NCBI GenBank assembly: GCA_963744145.1
Contig: CAVUSO010000001.1
Coordinates: 288,001 to 352,000 of the forward strand
DNA: 64,000 nucleotides
Source: an uncultured cyanobacterium
Lineage (GTDB): Bacteria; Cyanobacteriota; Cyanobacteriia; Cyanobacteriales; CAWUOF01
Direction of reading: 5' to 3'
The notes under the pieces are model-generated. The model was not told the origin of the DNA. It ran no database searches and saw only the letters and a list, made by a program, of their open reading frames with translations. A program made the position numbers and the translations under genes. Numbering within the stretch: the first letter of the stretch is position 1; every line of letters begins with the position of its first letter. Shown here piece by piece: positions 35,916 to 45,617 of the stretch.

Positions 35916-36640
35916 GTACTCAAAATCTGTAATCCTTACAGGGCAAGGGAAAAAAGAATTTTCAAAAAAAGTTAGGGCTAGAGGTACGAGTATTTTTTAT
36001 GGGAAATTCAGGTATTTAGGTAGCAGATAACGGGTATTTCTGTACTCAAATGTAACCCTGTTACTGTCTAGGTTTGATTGATATTTATGGTGTTTTTTTT
36101 GAGTATTTGAGCTTGTACTCAAACGTCTTGAAGAGAAAAAATTAGGACTAATTGTGGCGCGATCGCCTAGAAGATTATTCAATTTAGTTCTGTATCTAAT
36201 ATAGCATTTTTTTTTCCAGTTGCCACTTTTTTCTTTTTTGTTGACAAAACTGATTAATTGTATTTAATGATACAGAAAAAATCAAAATCATCAGAAGTGA
36301 TTGGCAGCAACCGCAACATGATGAATCATGCCTACTAATACTTTAGGATATAAACTGTTAACGAGTATCTAAATATACAAAAATTTCCAAATTCAAAATT
36401 TTTGGTAGGGCTGAATATTGATGCACATAAGTTATTTAGAAACGATGAGTACAATTTTTAGTGGTCAAAGCCACTAGATAAATAGTCTGAAAGACTTACA
36501 GAGTATAGATTTATGCCTGAGTACATAAATACTGATTCTCGGTCTGATCAATACTTATACATATAGCAAAAAATACTTGTCCCCATAGCCCTTAAAAAAA
36601 AAGAATTCCTGTCAGAGCAAGACTTTCAGGACGTGAGTAC
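35916..36640. promoter_or_regulatory. Divergent nifB/nifP promoter region with six TGAGTAC motifs (candidate CnfR/PatB element)
   Basis: GTACTCA at 35916, 36042, 36115; TGAGTAC at 36446, 36518, 36634. Confidence 0.7.
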
Positions 36641-36750
36641 ATTGCTAATTATTTTAAGAAGTTTAATCTAGGTGAGTAAAATTACCCGATTTTTCCCTAT
36701 CTGATATAAGAGCAGGATATAAATCACAGCTTTTTACCCCCCGAAAAGCA

Positions 36751-37563
36751 ATGCTACAGACTTTTACCCCTTTATTAAGAGTTAAACCGATTCCACCAGA
36801 AAAACTCGATGCTGAAGATCGGACAACTACTCAAGCAGTAGAACGGAAGATAAAACCTATTCATCCCTTTTTTCATTGGTGGGAAACAGTCCAAGCTGAT
36901 TTCCAGATTATTTTTGAGCGTGATCCTGCTGCTCGTAATTGGTTAGAAGTTCTTTGCTTTTACCCAGGTTTTCATGCTTTAGAGTTACATCGGATTGCCC
37001 ATTGGTTAAATAATCGGAAAATTCCCTTTTTTCCCCGTCTGATTTCTTATCTAACCAGGTTATTTACAGGAGTGGAAATTCACCCTGGTGCTGTGATTGG
37101 TAAGGGGGTATTTATCGATCACGGGATGGGAGTAGTCATTGGGGAGACAGCGATCGTCGGAGACTATACACTCATTTATCAGGGTGTGACTCTGGGAGGA
37201 ACAGGAAAAGAAAGTGGTAAACGTCATCCTACTCTTGGTCAGTATGTAGTGGTCGGAGCTGGAGCAAAAGTTCTAGGAAATATTGAAATTGGTGATCATG
37301 TTCGGGTTGGTGCAGGTTCAATTGTCCTCAGAAATGTCCCCTCCCAATGTACAGTGGTCGGAATTCCTGGTCGAAATATTTGTCCAATCCAAAAGTCCAC
37401 TTGTCCTTTAGACCATGAGCAAATCCCAGATGTAGAAGCTATAGCAATTCGTACTTTAGTCGATCGGATTGAGCAACTAGAAGAATTAGTTAAAAGTCAG
37501 TATGAACTGCAACAGAAGCAGAATCAAATAGTTAATCGTGAAAGGATTGAGGTGATGCTATGA
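36751..37563 (+). CDS. cysE: Serine O-acetyltransferase, nif-associated (NifP)
   Basis: RDPAA, YPG, EIHPGA, FIDHG, GKRHPT. Confidence 0.94.
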   Translation: MLQTFTPLLRVKPIPPEKLDAEDRTTTQAVERKIKPIHPFFHWWETVQADFQIIFERDPAARNWLEVLCFYPGFHALELHRIAHWLNNRKIPFFPRLISYLTRLFTGVEIHPGAVIGKGVFIDHGMGVVIGETAIVGDYTLIYQGVTLGGTGKESGKRHPTLGQYVVVGAGAKVLGNIEIGDHVRVGAGSIVLRNVPSQCTVVGIPGRNICPIQKSTCPLDHEQIPDVEAIAIRTLVDRIEQLEELVKSQYELQQKQNQIVNRERIEVML

Positions 37564-38693
37564 AGAGCGCCAATATAAATAAAACAATTCACATTAATGA
37601 TACAACACTACGTGATGGTGAACAAGCAGCAGGAGTGGCTTTTAATCTTGAAGAAAAAGTAGCGATCGCCACATTTTTAGATGCGATCGGTGTGCAAGAA
37701 TTAGAAGTTGGGATTCCCATAATAGGTCATGAAGAAGCTAGAGCCATTCGGGCGATCGCGGATTTAGGACTAAAAGCCAAATTAATCGGTTGGAATCGTG
37801 CTGTACCATCAGATATTCGGGCAGCGATCGCTTGTGGATTAAAACAAGTACATATCTCCGTACCTGTTTCTCCTATCCTGATCGAGGCTAAATTTCATGG
37901 GCAGTGGCGAACCATGTTAGAGTGCTTAGAAGAGACAATTAAGTATGCACTTGATGAAGGACTAGCTGTATCAATAGGTGGGGAAGACTCTTCCAGAGCT
38001 AATGAAAATTTCCTCTTAGATGTAGCATTATGTGCCCAAGAATGGGGAGCTTTTAGATTTCGCTTCTGCGATACAGTGGGAATTCTTGATCCGATCGCTA
38101 CCTATCAAAAAGTCAGCCAACTTGTCTCTAACCTATCTATTCCCATCGAGATGCACACCCATAACGATTTGGGATTAGCAACTGCTAATGCTTTAGCAGG
38201 AATCAAAGCTGGTGCTTTGTCAGTCAATACAACAGTCAATGGTTTAGGAGAAAGAGCCGGTAATGCTGCTTTAGAAGAAGTAGTAATGGCCCTCAAATGT
38301 ATCTATAAAATTGACCTGGGAATAGATACCAAACGTTTATTAGAATTATCACGTTTAGTTGCTCAAGCTTCTAATTGTCCAGTGCCACCTTGGAAAGCAA
38401 TTGTCGGAGCAAATACCTTTGCTCACGAATCTGGTATCCATGCACATGGAATCTTACAAAACCCTGTCACCTACGAACCTTTTGACCCCCAAGAAGTCGG
38501 TTGGGTTCGTCGTTTAGTCGTGGGTAAACATTCCGGTCGGCACTCAATTAAGCATTTTTTTGCCGAGCATGGGATGAACCTGAACCCAGAGGAAACCCAA
38601 TCAGTTTTGGAAGCAGTACGCGATCGAGCAGTGCAATCAAAACACAGTATGACGACAGAAGAACTGCTCAATTTAGCTACCCAAGGGAGATAA
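37560..38693 (+). CDS. nifV: Homocitrate synthase
   Basis: DTTLRDGEQ, HTHNDLG, GLGERAGN, GKHSG; nif context. Confidence 0.94.
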   Translation: MKSANINKTIHINDTTLRDGEQAAGVAFNLEEKVAIATFLDAIGVQELEVGIPIIGHEEARAIRAIADLGLKAKLIGWNRAVPSDIRAAIACGLKQVHISVPVSPILIEAKFHGQWRTMLECLEETIKYALDEGLAVSIGGEDSSRANENFLLDVALCAQEWGAFRFRFCDTVGILDPIATYQKVSQLVSNLSIPIEMHTHNDLGLATANALAGIKAGALSVNTTVNGLGERAGNAALEEVVMALKCIYKIDLGIDTKRLLELSRLVAQASNCPVPPWKAIVGANTFAHESGIHAHGILQNPVTYEPFDPQEVGWVRRLVVGKHSGRHSIKHFFAEHGMNLNPEETQSVLEAVRDRAVQSKHSMTTEELLNLATQGR

Positions 38694-38697
38694 ATCT

Positions 38698-38964
38698 ATG
38701 CAGCCAGATGAACTAGAACTGGACTTACCACCTCGTTTTGAAATAGGGGAAAAAGTCCAAACACGCAAATTAATCCGGAATGATGGGACATTTCCGGGTC
38801 AAGAAATTGGAGCAACTCTAGCAAAAAAAGGTGAAATTGGTTATGTAATTTCGATCGGTACATTTTTACAAAACTCCTATATTTATGCTGTGCATTTTAT
38901 GGGAACAGGCTTTATAGTTGGTTGTCGTGGTAGAGAATTAGAAACAGTAGAAACCAGAGTTTGA
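38698..38964 (+). CDS. nifZ: NifZ
   Basis: IRNDGTFPG, IGTFLQ, VGCR. Confidence 0.94.
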   Translation: MQPDELELDLPPRFEIGEKVQTRKLIRNDGTFPGQEIGATLAKKGEIGYVISIGTFLQNSYIYAVHFMGTGFIVGCRGRELETVETRV

Positions 38965-38975
38965 GGTAATTAAAA

Positions 38976-39182
38976 ATGAAAGTAATGTTACGTCGGGGTC
39001 AAACTGGCAAATTAATCGTTTATGTAGCCAAAAAAGACTTGGAAGAAGAAGTAGTCAGTCAAACTGATGAAGCAAATGGTAACAAAATTTTCACTTTAAC
39101 CAATGGTTGGGAATTAGAAATTGCTAATTTAAGTGAGCCATTACAATTACCACAAACAGTAGAAGCCAGACGTTTAAATTAG
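38976..39182 (+). CDS. nifT: NifT/FixU
   Basis: MKVMLR, YVAKKDLEE, NGW, PQTVEARR. Confidence 0.94.
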   Translation: MKVMLRRGQTGKLIVYVAKKDLEEEVVSQTDEANGNKIFTLTNGWELEIANLSEPLQLPQTVEARRLN

Positions 39183-39258
39183 ACTTGGAAAGGTGGTCAG
39201 GATAGTTCTATGCAGTTAAGTTAAATGCTCTGAGGGTCAACAACCGTTCACCCTCAGA

Positions 39259-39797
39259 CAATATGTTTAGTTAACTTGTAGGGGCGAAGCATTCGGGCGA
39301 TAATTCATCACTTAAATTGTACCCTGAGCGTTCCCTGAGCGAAGTCGAAGGGCGGAGTCGAAGGGCTATTAATTTTATATCCGAATGCTTCGCCCTTCTT
39401 CGCCGATATCTCCCAAAAAAAATCTTAACTGAATTTATTTTAATATATAGTTGATCTGTTGGTTTCATAAATGGTAAGGGCAAAGCATTTCGGTAATATT
39501 ATTCTTCCCTTCGACTACGCTCAGGCTAAACGCTTCAGCAACCATTTATGCGCCGAAATGCTTTGCCCCTACGGTTAACTGAACTGTATTGGCTGATAAG
39601 TTCTTCGCTGATATCTCCCAAAAAAAAATCTTAACTGAATTTATTTTAATATATAGTTGATCTGTTGGTTTCATAAATGGTAAGGGCAAAGCATTTCGGT
39701 AATATTATTCTTCCCTTCGACTACGCTCAGGGTAAACGCTTCAGCAATCATTTATGTGCCGAAATGCTTTGCCCCTACGGTTAACTGAACTGTATTG
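39259..39797. mobile_element. Composite MITE/REP-like repeat element, copy 2 (inverted relative to 4047-4492), with ~205-bp tandem duplication
   Basis: Ends CAATATGTTTAGTTAA / TTAACTGAACTGTATTG (at 39591 and 39797); 39396-39600 repeated at 39601-39806. Confidence 0.8.
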
Positions 39798-39877
39798 GCT
39801 GATAAGAATTAGGAGAAAATTGATGTTTTCGTTGAAATAAGTGCCAGAATTAAGCTTAATACTGAAATTGTTATATT

Positions 39878-41377
39878 TTACAGTTTACAAGTCTTTACGC
39901 GAGAAAAAAACTGATAGATCGTACAGGACTGATCCAACAAATTACCCCACGCATAAAAATTCCCTACCCCCCATATACCCCACCATCCCCAACTTGCCGC
40001 AGCGGGGAGGTGACCAAAACGTGCGAATGCGGTGCTAAATGTTAGGTCACTATAGTCCAACCATTTTTCTCCTTTCTTCCATCCTACTTTTATAGCAAAT
40101 TTACGTTTTATTACGCTATCTGCATTTGGATGTCCACCAACATCTTTACTCTCCCATATCTGTTTTTGAACGCTAAACCCAAAACGACCATCAGAGTATT
40201 TCATCCATAACTGATCTATAGTGCGAAAGTCTTTACAGGGAAATTTTAACCAATCATCACCAGTGAGATATCTTTCTTTTGTATTAGCAGCTCTAAGTAC
40301 AAGATCATAAGTTTTTTGATCAGCCTCTTTCCATAACCTATCAGCTAATAAGTTACAGAGATGAGTGTAATCTATATCTCTTTCACTTTCAAGAATAATT
40401 TGAGTTTGTCCAGATACTGGTGATTGGGAAAATTGTGCGTTAGGCGTTGATATATTGGGTATTGACTGACGTACTTGTTTGTTAGGTACTGATTTAGAAC
40501 TAAGCATTTGCAATACTTCACTAGCAGACTGATAGCGATCGCCCAAAGTAACCGATATCATTTTATCTAAGATCATCGCTAAATCATTATTAATATTGAC
40601 TAGCGATCGCCATACCCATTTCATTTGATAAAAGTCAAACAGTTTATCGACATAATTACCGTTTTGTTCTTCTAATAAACAACCCGTCAAAAGTCTAATA
40701 CAAGTAACACCTAAACTATATAAATCACTAGCGGGAAAAGCATGACCCTGTAGTTGTTCTGGAGCTGCGTAACCAGGAGTACCAATATTTGTACCTGCTC
40801 TTGTAAGAACAGTACCCGTAAGTTGCTTGGATACTCCAAAGTCAATTAACATCAAACGATTATTGGCATCTCTAATAATATTATCTGGTTTAATATCTCT
40901 ATGAATTACATTCTTTTGATGCAGAAACTCTAAAACAGGTAGAAGTTGATTTAATAAATTCCTAATCTTTTCTTCATCAAATCTGCCGTTCTGTTGTAAT
41001 TCCTTCAATAAATCTTTTCCATCAATGAACTCTTGTACTAAATATAACCGTCCATCCTGTTCAAAAAATGCTAGCAAATCTGGTATTTGGGGATGTTTAC
41101 CTAAATCTTTTAATCTGACAGCTTCTTGTTTAAATAATTCTGTAGCTTTTTGTAATGCACTACCACCTTGCAACTGAGGTAGAAATTGTTTAATCACACA
41201 GAATGTGCCCAGTCGTTGTTCGTCTATTGATTTGAATGTTCTCCCAAAACCACCCTCTCCGAGAAATTCTACTGCTCGATAGCGATCGCCCAGTAACAAC
41301 CTATTACCGCAGCGCACACAAAACTTTGTCCCAGATGGGTTGATATTCTCACACTCAGGGTTTAGACATAAGCTCAT
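39878..41377 (-). CDS. Ser/Thr kinase-GUN4 domain protein, paralog A
   Basis: 4-Cys N-terminus CLNPEC..CVRC, GEGGFG, HRDIKPDN, DFG, APE; GUN4 signature WKEAD..FPCKD..IDQLW..YSDGRFGFSVQKQIW..GHLP. Confidence 0.93.
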   Translation of the reverse strand: MSLCLNPECENINPSGTKFCVRCGNRLLLGDRYRAVEFLGEGGFGRTFKSIDEQRLGTFCVIKQFLPQLQGGSALQKATELFKQEAVRLKDLGKHPQIPDLLAFFEQDGRLYLVQEFIDGKDLLKELQQNGRFDEEKIRNLLNQLLPVLEFLHQKNVIHRDIKPDNIIRDANNRLMLIDFGVSKQLTGTVLTRAGTNIGTPGYAAPEQLQGHAFPASDLYSLGVTCIRLLTGCLLEEQNGNYVDKLFDFYQMKWVWRSLVNINNDLAMILDKMISVTLGDRYQSASEVLQMLSSKSVPNKQVRQSIPNISTPNAQFSQSPVSGQTQIILESERDIDYTHLCNLLADRLWKEADQKTYDLVLRAANTKERYLTGDDWLKFPCKDFRTIDQLWMKYSDGRFGFSVQKQIWESKDVGGHPNADSVIKRKFAIKVGWKKGEKWLDYSDLTFSTAFARFGHLPAAASWGWWGIWGVGNFYAWGNLLDQSCTIYQFFSRVKTCKL

Positions 41378-41687
41378 AACTTGTCAATAATCCACAGGTT
41401 TCGTGTATAAATAATAGCGGACAGTTAGCCCAAATGTCCAGTGAGGTGTCTTGTTACGGTGTGTTAAGCATTTTGTAGGCGATCGCTTAGATTGTGCGAG
41501 GTTTGATTGTGGGTTGATTAGAGGGCGATAGCTTTGGTTAGGTTTGGGGAGTGCGATCGCATATTTAGAATGATGTTATTCTTAGCTTCTGTGTCAGGTA
41601 TTGAGTTAGGGAAAAGCTGATTTTTTCGTAGAAATTAGTACCAAATTTAAGCTTGACAAATGACATGAAATTTTTATAACTCACAGG

Positions 41688-43877
41688 TTACAAGTCTTTG
41701 CGGAAGATAAGAAACCAACCAGTCAGCTTATTCCGCAAATACGGACTACAATTCCCAAAAAGACCGGAAACGCCTGCCGGGAGGTGGCCAAGTGGAGCGG
41801 TAGTGTTCAAGGTTAGGTCATTATCGTTCAACCAATTGCCTCCTTTTCTCCATCCTACTTTATCAGCAAATTTATGTATTATTTCATAACCTGCATCAGG
41901 ATGTCCACCAACATCTTTACTTTCCCAGATTTGTTTTTGAACGCTAAACCCAAAATGACCATCAGAGTATTTAATCCATAACTGATCTATTGTGCGAAGG
42001 TCTTTATAGGGAAACTTTAACCAATCGTCATCATTGAGATATTGTCCATTTTCACAATTAGCAGCTTTGAGTACAACCCTATAAGTTTCTTCATCAGCTT
42101 CTTTCCATTTACCAACAGCTAATAAGTCACGGAGAAGACTGTAATCTATTTCTATTTCACTCTCAAGAATAAGCTCTAGTTGCATTTTACAGTTTGCAAG
42201 TCTTTGTGCGAGAAAAGATGGTTTCAACCCTCCAAATCCCTCACGCCCCACATCTCCTGTGCCCCCAATCCACTGTTCCGGTAATATAATACCTACACAA
42301 GGGAAGTGGCCTATAGGTGCATCGGTATTAAATGTAAGATTGTTATAATCTAACCACTTTCCTCCTTTTCTCCATCCTACTGTATCACCAAATTTACGTT
42401 CTATCTCTATTTCTTCTTCTATTCCTGCGTTTGGATTTCCACCAACAGTTTTACTTTCCCAGATTTGTTTTTGGACACTATATCCAAAACGACCATCAGA
42501 ATATTTTACCCATAGCTGATCTATGGTACGAAGGTCTTTACAGGGAAACTTTAACCAATCATCACCATTGAGATATCCGTCTTTTTCACGATTAGCAGAT
42601 TCAAGTAAAAGATGGTAAGTTTTTTCATCAGCATCTTTCCAGTAACCAGCAGCTAATAAGTTTCTAAGAGGAATGTAATCTATATCTCTTTCACTGTCTA
42701 GAATAAGTTCTGCTGCTGTTATATTTTGTTGTGGTGACGATGATATTACTTCAATTTGGTTTTGTGGATGTGATGTTAATTCTATTACTGGCTTCATGTC
42801 TTGATTTATTGTTTCATTTAATTCAGTAATAATCCTTTGCTGAATTTTTTCTACATCTGCATCACGTAAACATAAATGAACACTAGCCCATTCCTCTAAT
42901 TCTTTAATAACTTTATCATCTAAAGGATAATTTTTAGAAATTTTTTGTCTATATTCTTCTTCATAACGTTTTAAGCTTTCGTGATATAATTGATGATGCT
43001 TTATAACACTACTTATTATTTCTTCAGCTTGCTCATCAGAAAGCTGTAAGTTCTCTTGTTTTGTTTTTAAAATATCACGATTAAGCTTAGATATTTCTCC
43101 ATCTTTAATTCGCATTTCAACTTCCTGACAAAATCTTTTCTCAGGGGTAGGAGCCATACTTATCAAAATATTATATCCTTCATTATCTAGAATAATTTTA
43201 GGCTCCATTTTGGGCTTGACTTCCTTGACTTTTGCTTTGGCATATTTATGTAATTCTTGGATATGAATTTTACCATCACCATCTGTATCAGCAGCACCAG
43301 TTTCAATACCTTCTACTAGATGCTTTGTATAAACCGATAATTCAGAGCCTTCATGTTGAAATGAAGTCTGATTTTTTGAGGAAGAAGCTAGTATTACTCT
43401 TCCCTCTGCACCTAATTCTTTATCTAATAAATCAATATCTATACCTTTAGGTTGCCAACCAATCGCAAAAGCACCGCTATAACAACAGTCTAAAATAATT
43501 ATTTGACGCTTTGCATAGTTACCATGCTTTGACATTTTTTGGATGAAACTAGCTGAAGCAGCAGTGGCTAGGAAATTATTTTTTGTGGTAATCCGAGTTG
43601 CTAGATAAAGTTGACCATCATCGTCTTTAATACCATGTCCAGAAAAAAATAGTAGAATTAAATCATCTTTATTACTACTTTGAAATAGTTTTTGAATTTC
43701 TTCAGTCATCTGAAGGTATTCGGGATTAATTAAAAAATTAACACTATCAAACCCTCCCATTTCAGGATTTTCTAATACCCGTTTCATTGCCTTTACATCA
43801 TTAGGTGGTGCAGATAAAGGATTAATGTCTTCTCCATATTCGCTAACACCTATTAGTAATGCTATTTTTTTAGGCAT
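41688..43877 (-). CDS. Caspase-like peptidase (C14) fused to two tandem GUN4 domains
   Basis: KIALLIGVSEY, FSGHG (His) and LDCCYSG (Cys) dyad intact; two GUN4 signatures. Confidence 0.92.
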   Translation of the reverse strand: MPKKIALLIGVSEYGEDINPLSAPPNDVKAMKRVLENPEMGGFDSVNFLINPEYLQMTEEIQKLFQSSNKDDLILLFFSGHGIKDDDGQLYLATRITTKNNFLATAASASFIQKMSKHGNYAKRQIIILDCCYSGAFAIGWQPKGIDIDLLDKELGAEGRVILASSSKNQTSFQHEGSELSVYTKHLVEGIETGAADTDGDGKIHIQELHKYAKAKVKEVKPKMEPKIILDNEGYNILISMAPTPEKRFCQEVEMRIKDGEISKLNRDILKTKQENLQLSDEQAEEIISSVIKHHQLYHESLKRYEEEYRQKISKNYPLDDKVIKELEEWASVHLCLRDADVEKIQQRIITELNETINQDMKPVIELTSHPQNQIEVISSSPQQNITAAELILDSERDIDYIPLRNLLAAGYWKDADEKTYHLLLESANREKDGYLNGDDWLKFPCKDLRTIDQLWVKYSDGRFGYSVQKQIWESKTVGGNPNAGIEEEIEIERKFGDTVGWRKGGKWLDYNNLTFNTDAPIGHFPCVGIILPEQWIGGTGDVGREGFGGLKPSFLAQRLANCKMQLELILESEIEIDYSLLRDLLAVGKWKEADEETYRVVLKAANCENGQYLNDDDWLKFPYKDLRTIDQLWIKYSDGHFGFSVQKQIWESKDVGGHPDAGYEIIHKFADKVGWRKGGNWLNDNDLTLNTTAPLGHLPAGVSGLFGNCSPYLRNKLTGWFLIFRKDL

Positions 43878-43890
43878 TTCACTAAGTATT

Positions 43891-44268
43891 TTATGTATTA
43901 GACAATAAATCTTGAACAGTTTCTTTTGTTATAGGTAAATTTTGGCTTGTTGTTTTTATTTTAATTTTTTTATCTCCATCTTTTGTAATTTCAAGTTCTA
44001 TTTCAATAGGTTTATCTTGTAGACGCTCTTTAAACCATGCAAAAACAAATTGAATATTAAATAATTTCACTACAGTTGTAATAGACCCAAGTAATGTCTG
44101 AATGCTTTTTTTATTTAGGTCTATATTTGGGTCTTCAGTAAAATCAGCTTTTTCAACTGCATCAATTTCACGTAATTCTTGCAACAATTTTTCAGTCAAT
44201 TCTAATAATTCGTCATCTTCTAATGTTGGATCTGCTAAACCAAAAGTTATTTCAACTAGCTCTGTCAT
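43891..44268 (-). CDS. EACC1-like small protein upstream of caspase
   Basis: 125 aa, acidic helix (ELLELTEKLLQELREID), central hydrophobic stretch, beta-rich C-terminus; 13 bp before caspase; GGAG RBS. Confidence 0.65.
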   Translation of the reverse strand: MTELVEITFGLADPTLEDDELLELTEKLLQELREIDAVEKADFTEDPNIDLNKKSIQTLLGSITTVVKLFNIQFVFAWFKERLQDKPIEIELEITKDGDKKIKIKTTSQNLPITKETVQDLLSNT

Positions 44269-44282
44269 TTTGGCTCCTTATG

Positions 44283-44456
44283 TTAATTTTTGTTTCTTTT
44301 TATAGTACGATGAGACAAATCCCGAATTAATTCCCGGATAATAGAGTGTTTAATCTCCTGGCGTTCTAAGCAATAAGCCTCCAGCGCCAAATACTTACTC
44401 TCTGGCAATTCAATATTCAACCGCTTAATCGGCTCAGTTAGCACTTTTCTGGGCAT
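44283..44456 (-). CDS. Ribbon-helix-helix (CopG-like) small DNA-binding protein, 57 aa (not in ORF track)
   Basis: MPRKVLTEPIKRLNIELPESKYLALEAYCLERQEIKHSIIRELIRDL...; strand-helix-helix pattern; stop 14 bp before EACC1-like gene. Confidence 0.65.
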   Translation of the reverse strand: MPRKVLTEPIKRLNIELPESKYLALEAYCLERQEIKHSIIRELIRDLSHRTIKRNKN

Positions 44457-44612
44457 TGTGGTTATTTCACAAAACTCGTGTATTTATTCTAGTGTATAAT
44501 CCGGCAAACGTCCAATAGCAAGTAATCGATATCTGGGCAAGTTTCTGAATGCCCAACCCCAACCAAGAAATATCCTTTTTATTCAAAAAGGTTTGCTAAT
44601 CTAAAAGCTAAT

Positions 44613-45515
44613 TCAAAGGCTAAATATTCTCTCATCAGTTAATACCTGCATAGATTGTCTTTTCTCCAAATTTTTCCAATGTTTCATAGCTTCTTTATAA
44701 CGCTCTTTTAATGCGCTTGCATCAGGTTTATTACAGTTATGCTTATTTAATTTTAAGAATGTATTATCATATTGCTGATAATGGCTTTTTTCTAAGCTAG
44801 GATGGATATGAATTTTTTTATTTTCATCAATTGCTATAAGATGAGCATCAAAAAGCTTATGAATATCAACACAAAGAAGCAATCCATTAGAAGGATCATT
44901 GTTTTGGTTTTTTTCGTAAGGCTCTATATGAGCAGCTTCTAAAAGTATTTGAATATCAGAATCAGTAATTAGACAACGATAATTATACAAATTTAACAAT
45001 TGTAGGCGGAATTTATACTGTCCTAGTCTATTAGCTAGTCTATTAGATTTAGATTGTATAAAATTTATAACATAAGGATCTGAAATAATAGCTCGATTAA
45101 GTTTCGCAAATTGAAGCTTTGCGTATTGAAAATTAGTTGATGGAAAAATAGAAAGCTGGCCATAATTTAGCTTCTCGTGATGTTTATTCAAGTAAGTTGT
45201 ATCCAACATCTTTAAGTCTATATATCCTAACTCTGCATAATCAAAAACTGCATCGTACAAATTCATTCCTTCAAAATTTGCATATTGAAGGTTTGCTCCT
45301 TCAAAGTTTGTTCCATCCAATTCAGATCCTCGAAAGTCAGCATTTTGAAGTTCTGCCCCTCGAAAGCTAGCATATTCAAGATTAGCACCCCGGAAATCTA
45401 CACCATTAAGAATCAAATGATCCAAAATTAGGTGATTTAAATCTACCGCTCGAAAATCTCGTTGCCCGTTTTCGTACTGAGCCTTAATTTTATCAATATC
45501 CATATTATGTATCAT
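44613..45515 (-). CDS. Pentapeptide-repeat protein fused to HNH endonuclease
   Basis: A(D/N)F/L pentapeptide repeats; C-terminal FR..LL..Y..RCLIT..LEAAHIEP..NGLLL..DIHKLFD. Confidence 0.82.
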   Translation of the reverse strand: MIHNMDIDKIKAQYENGQRDFRAVDLNHLILDHLILNGVDFRGANLEYASFRGAELQNADFRGSELDGTNFEGANLQYANFEGMNLYDAVFDYAELGYIDLKMLDTTYLNKHHEKLNYGQLSIFPSTNFQYAKLQFAKLNRAIISDPYVINFIQSKSNRLANRLGQYKFRLQLLNLYNYRCLITDSDIQILLEAAHIEPYEKNQNNDPSNGLLLCVDIHKLFDAHLIAIDENKKIHIHPSLEKSHYQQYDNTFLKLNKHNCNKPDASALKERYKEAMKHWKNLEKRQSMQVLTDERIFSL

Positions 45516-45617
45516 CCATTTTTTGTTTTTTGACCCGATGAAACTATGCTAACATATATAGAGGCGTTATGGCAAGATATGTGTAAGCCAGATTAGTGAA
45601 TCAAAAATCTTAACCAT

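Noticed and set aside
39271..39483. 70-aa ORF
   Set aside because: Lies entirely within repeat DNA; LRLRPSTSLRERSG is the translated 24-nt repeat
44510..44560. Possible IscB/RRXRR N-terminus (VID..GK.LMP-like) opposite the RHH gene
   Set aside because: Requires frameshifts shared by both copies; no RuvC/HNH body follows
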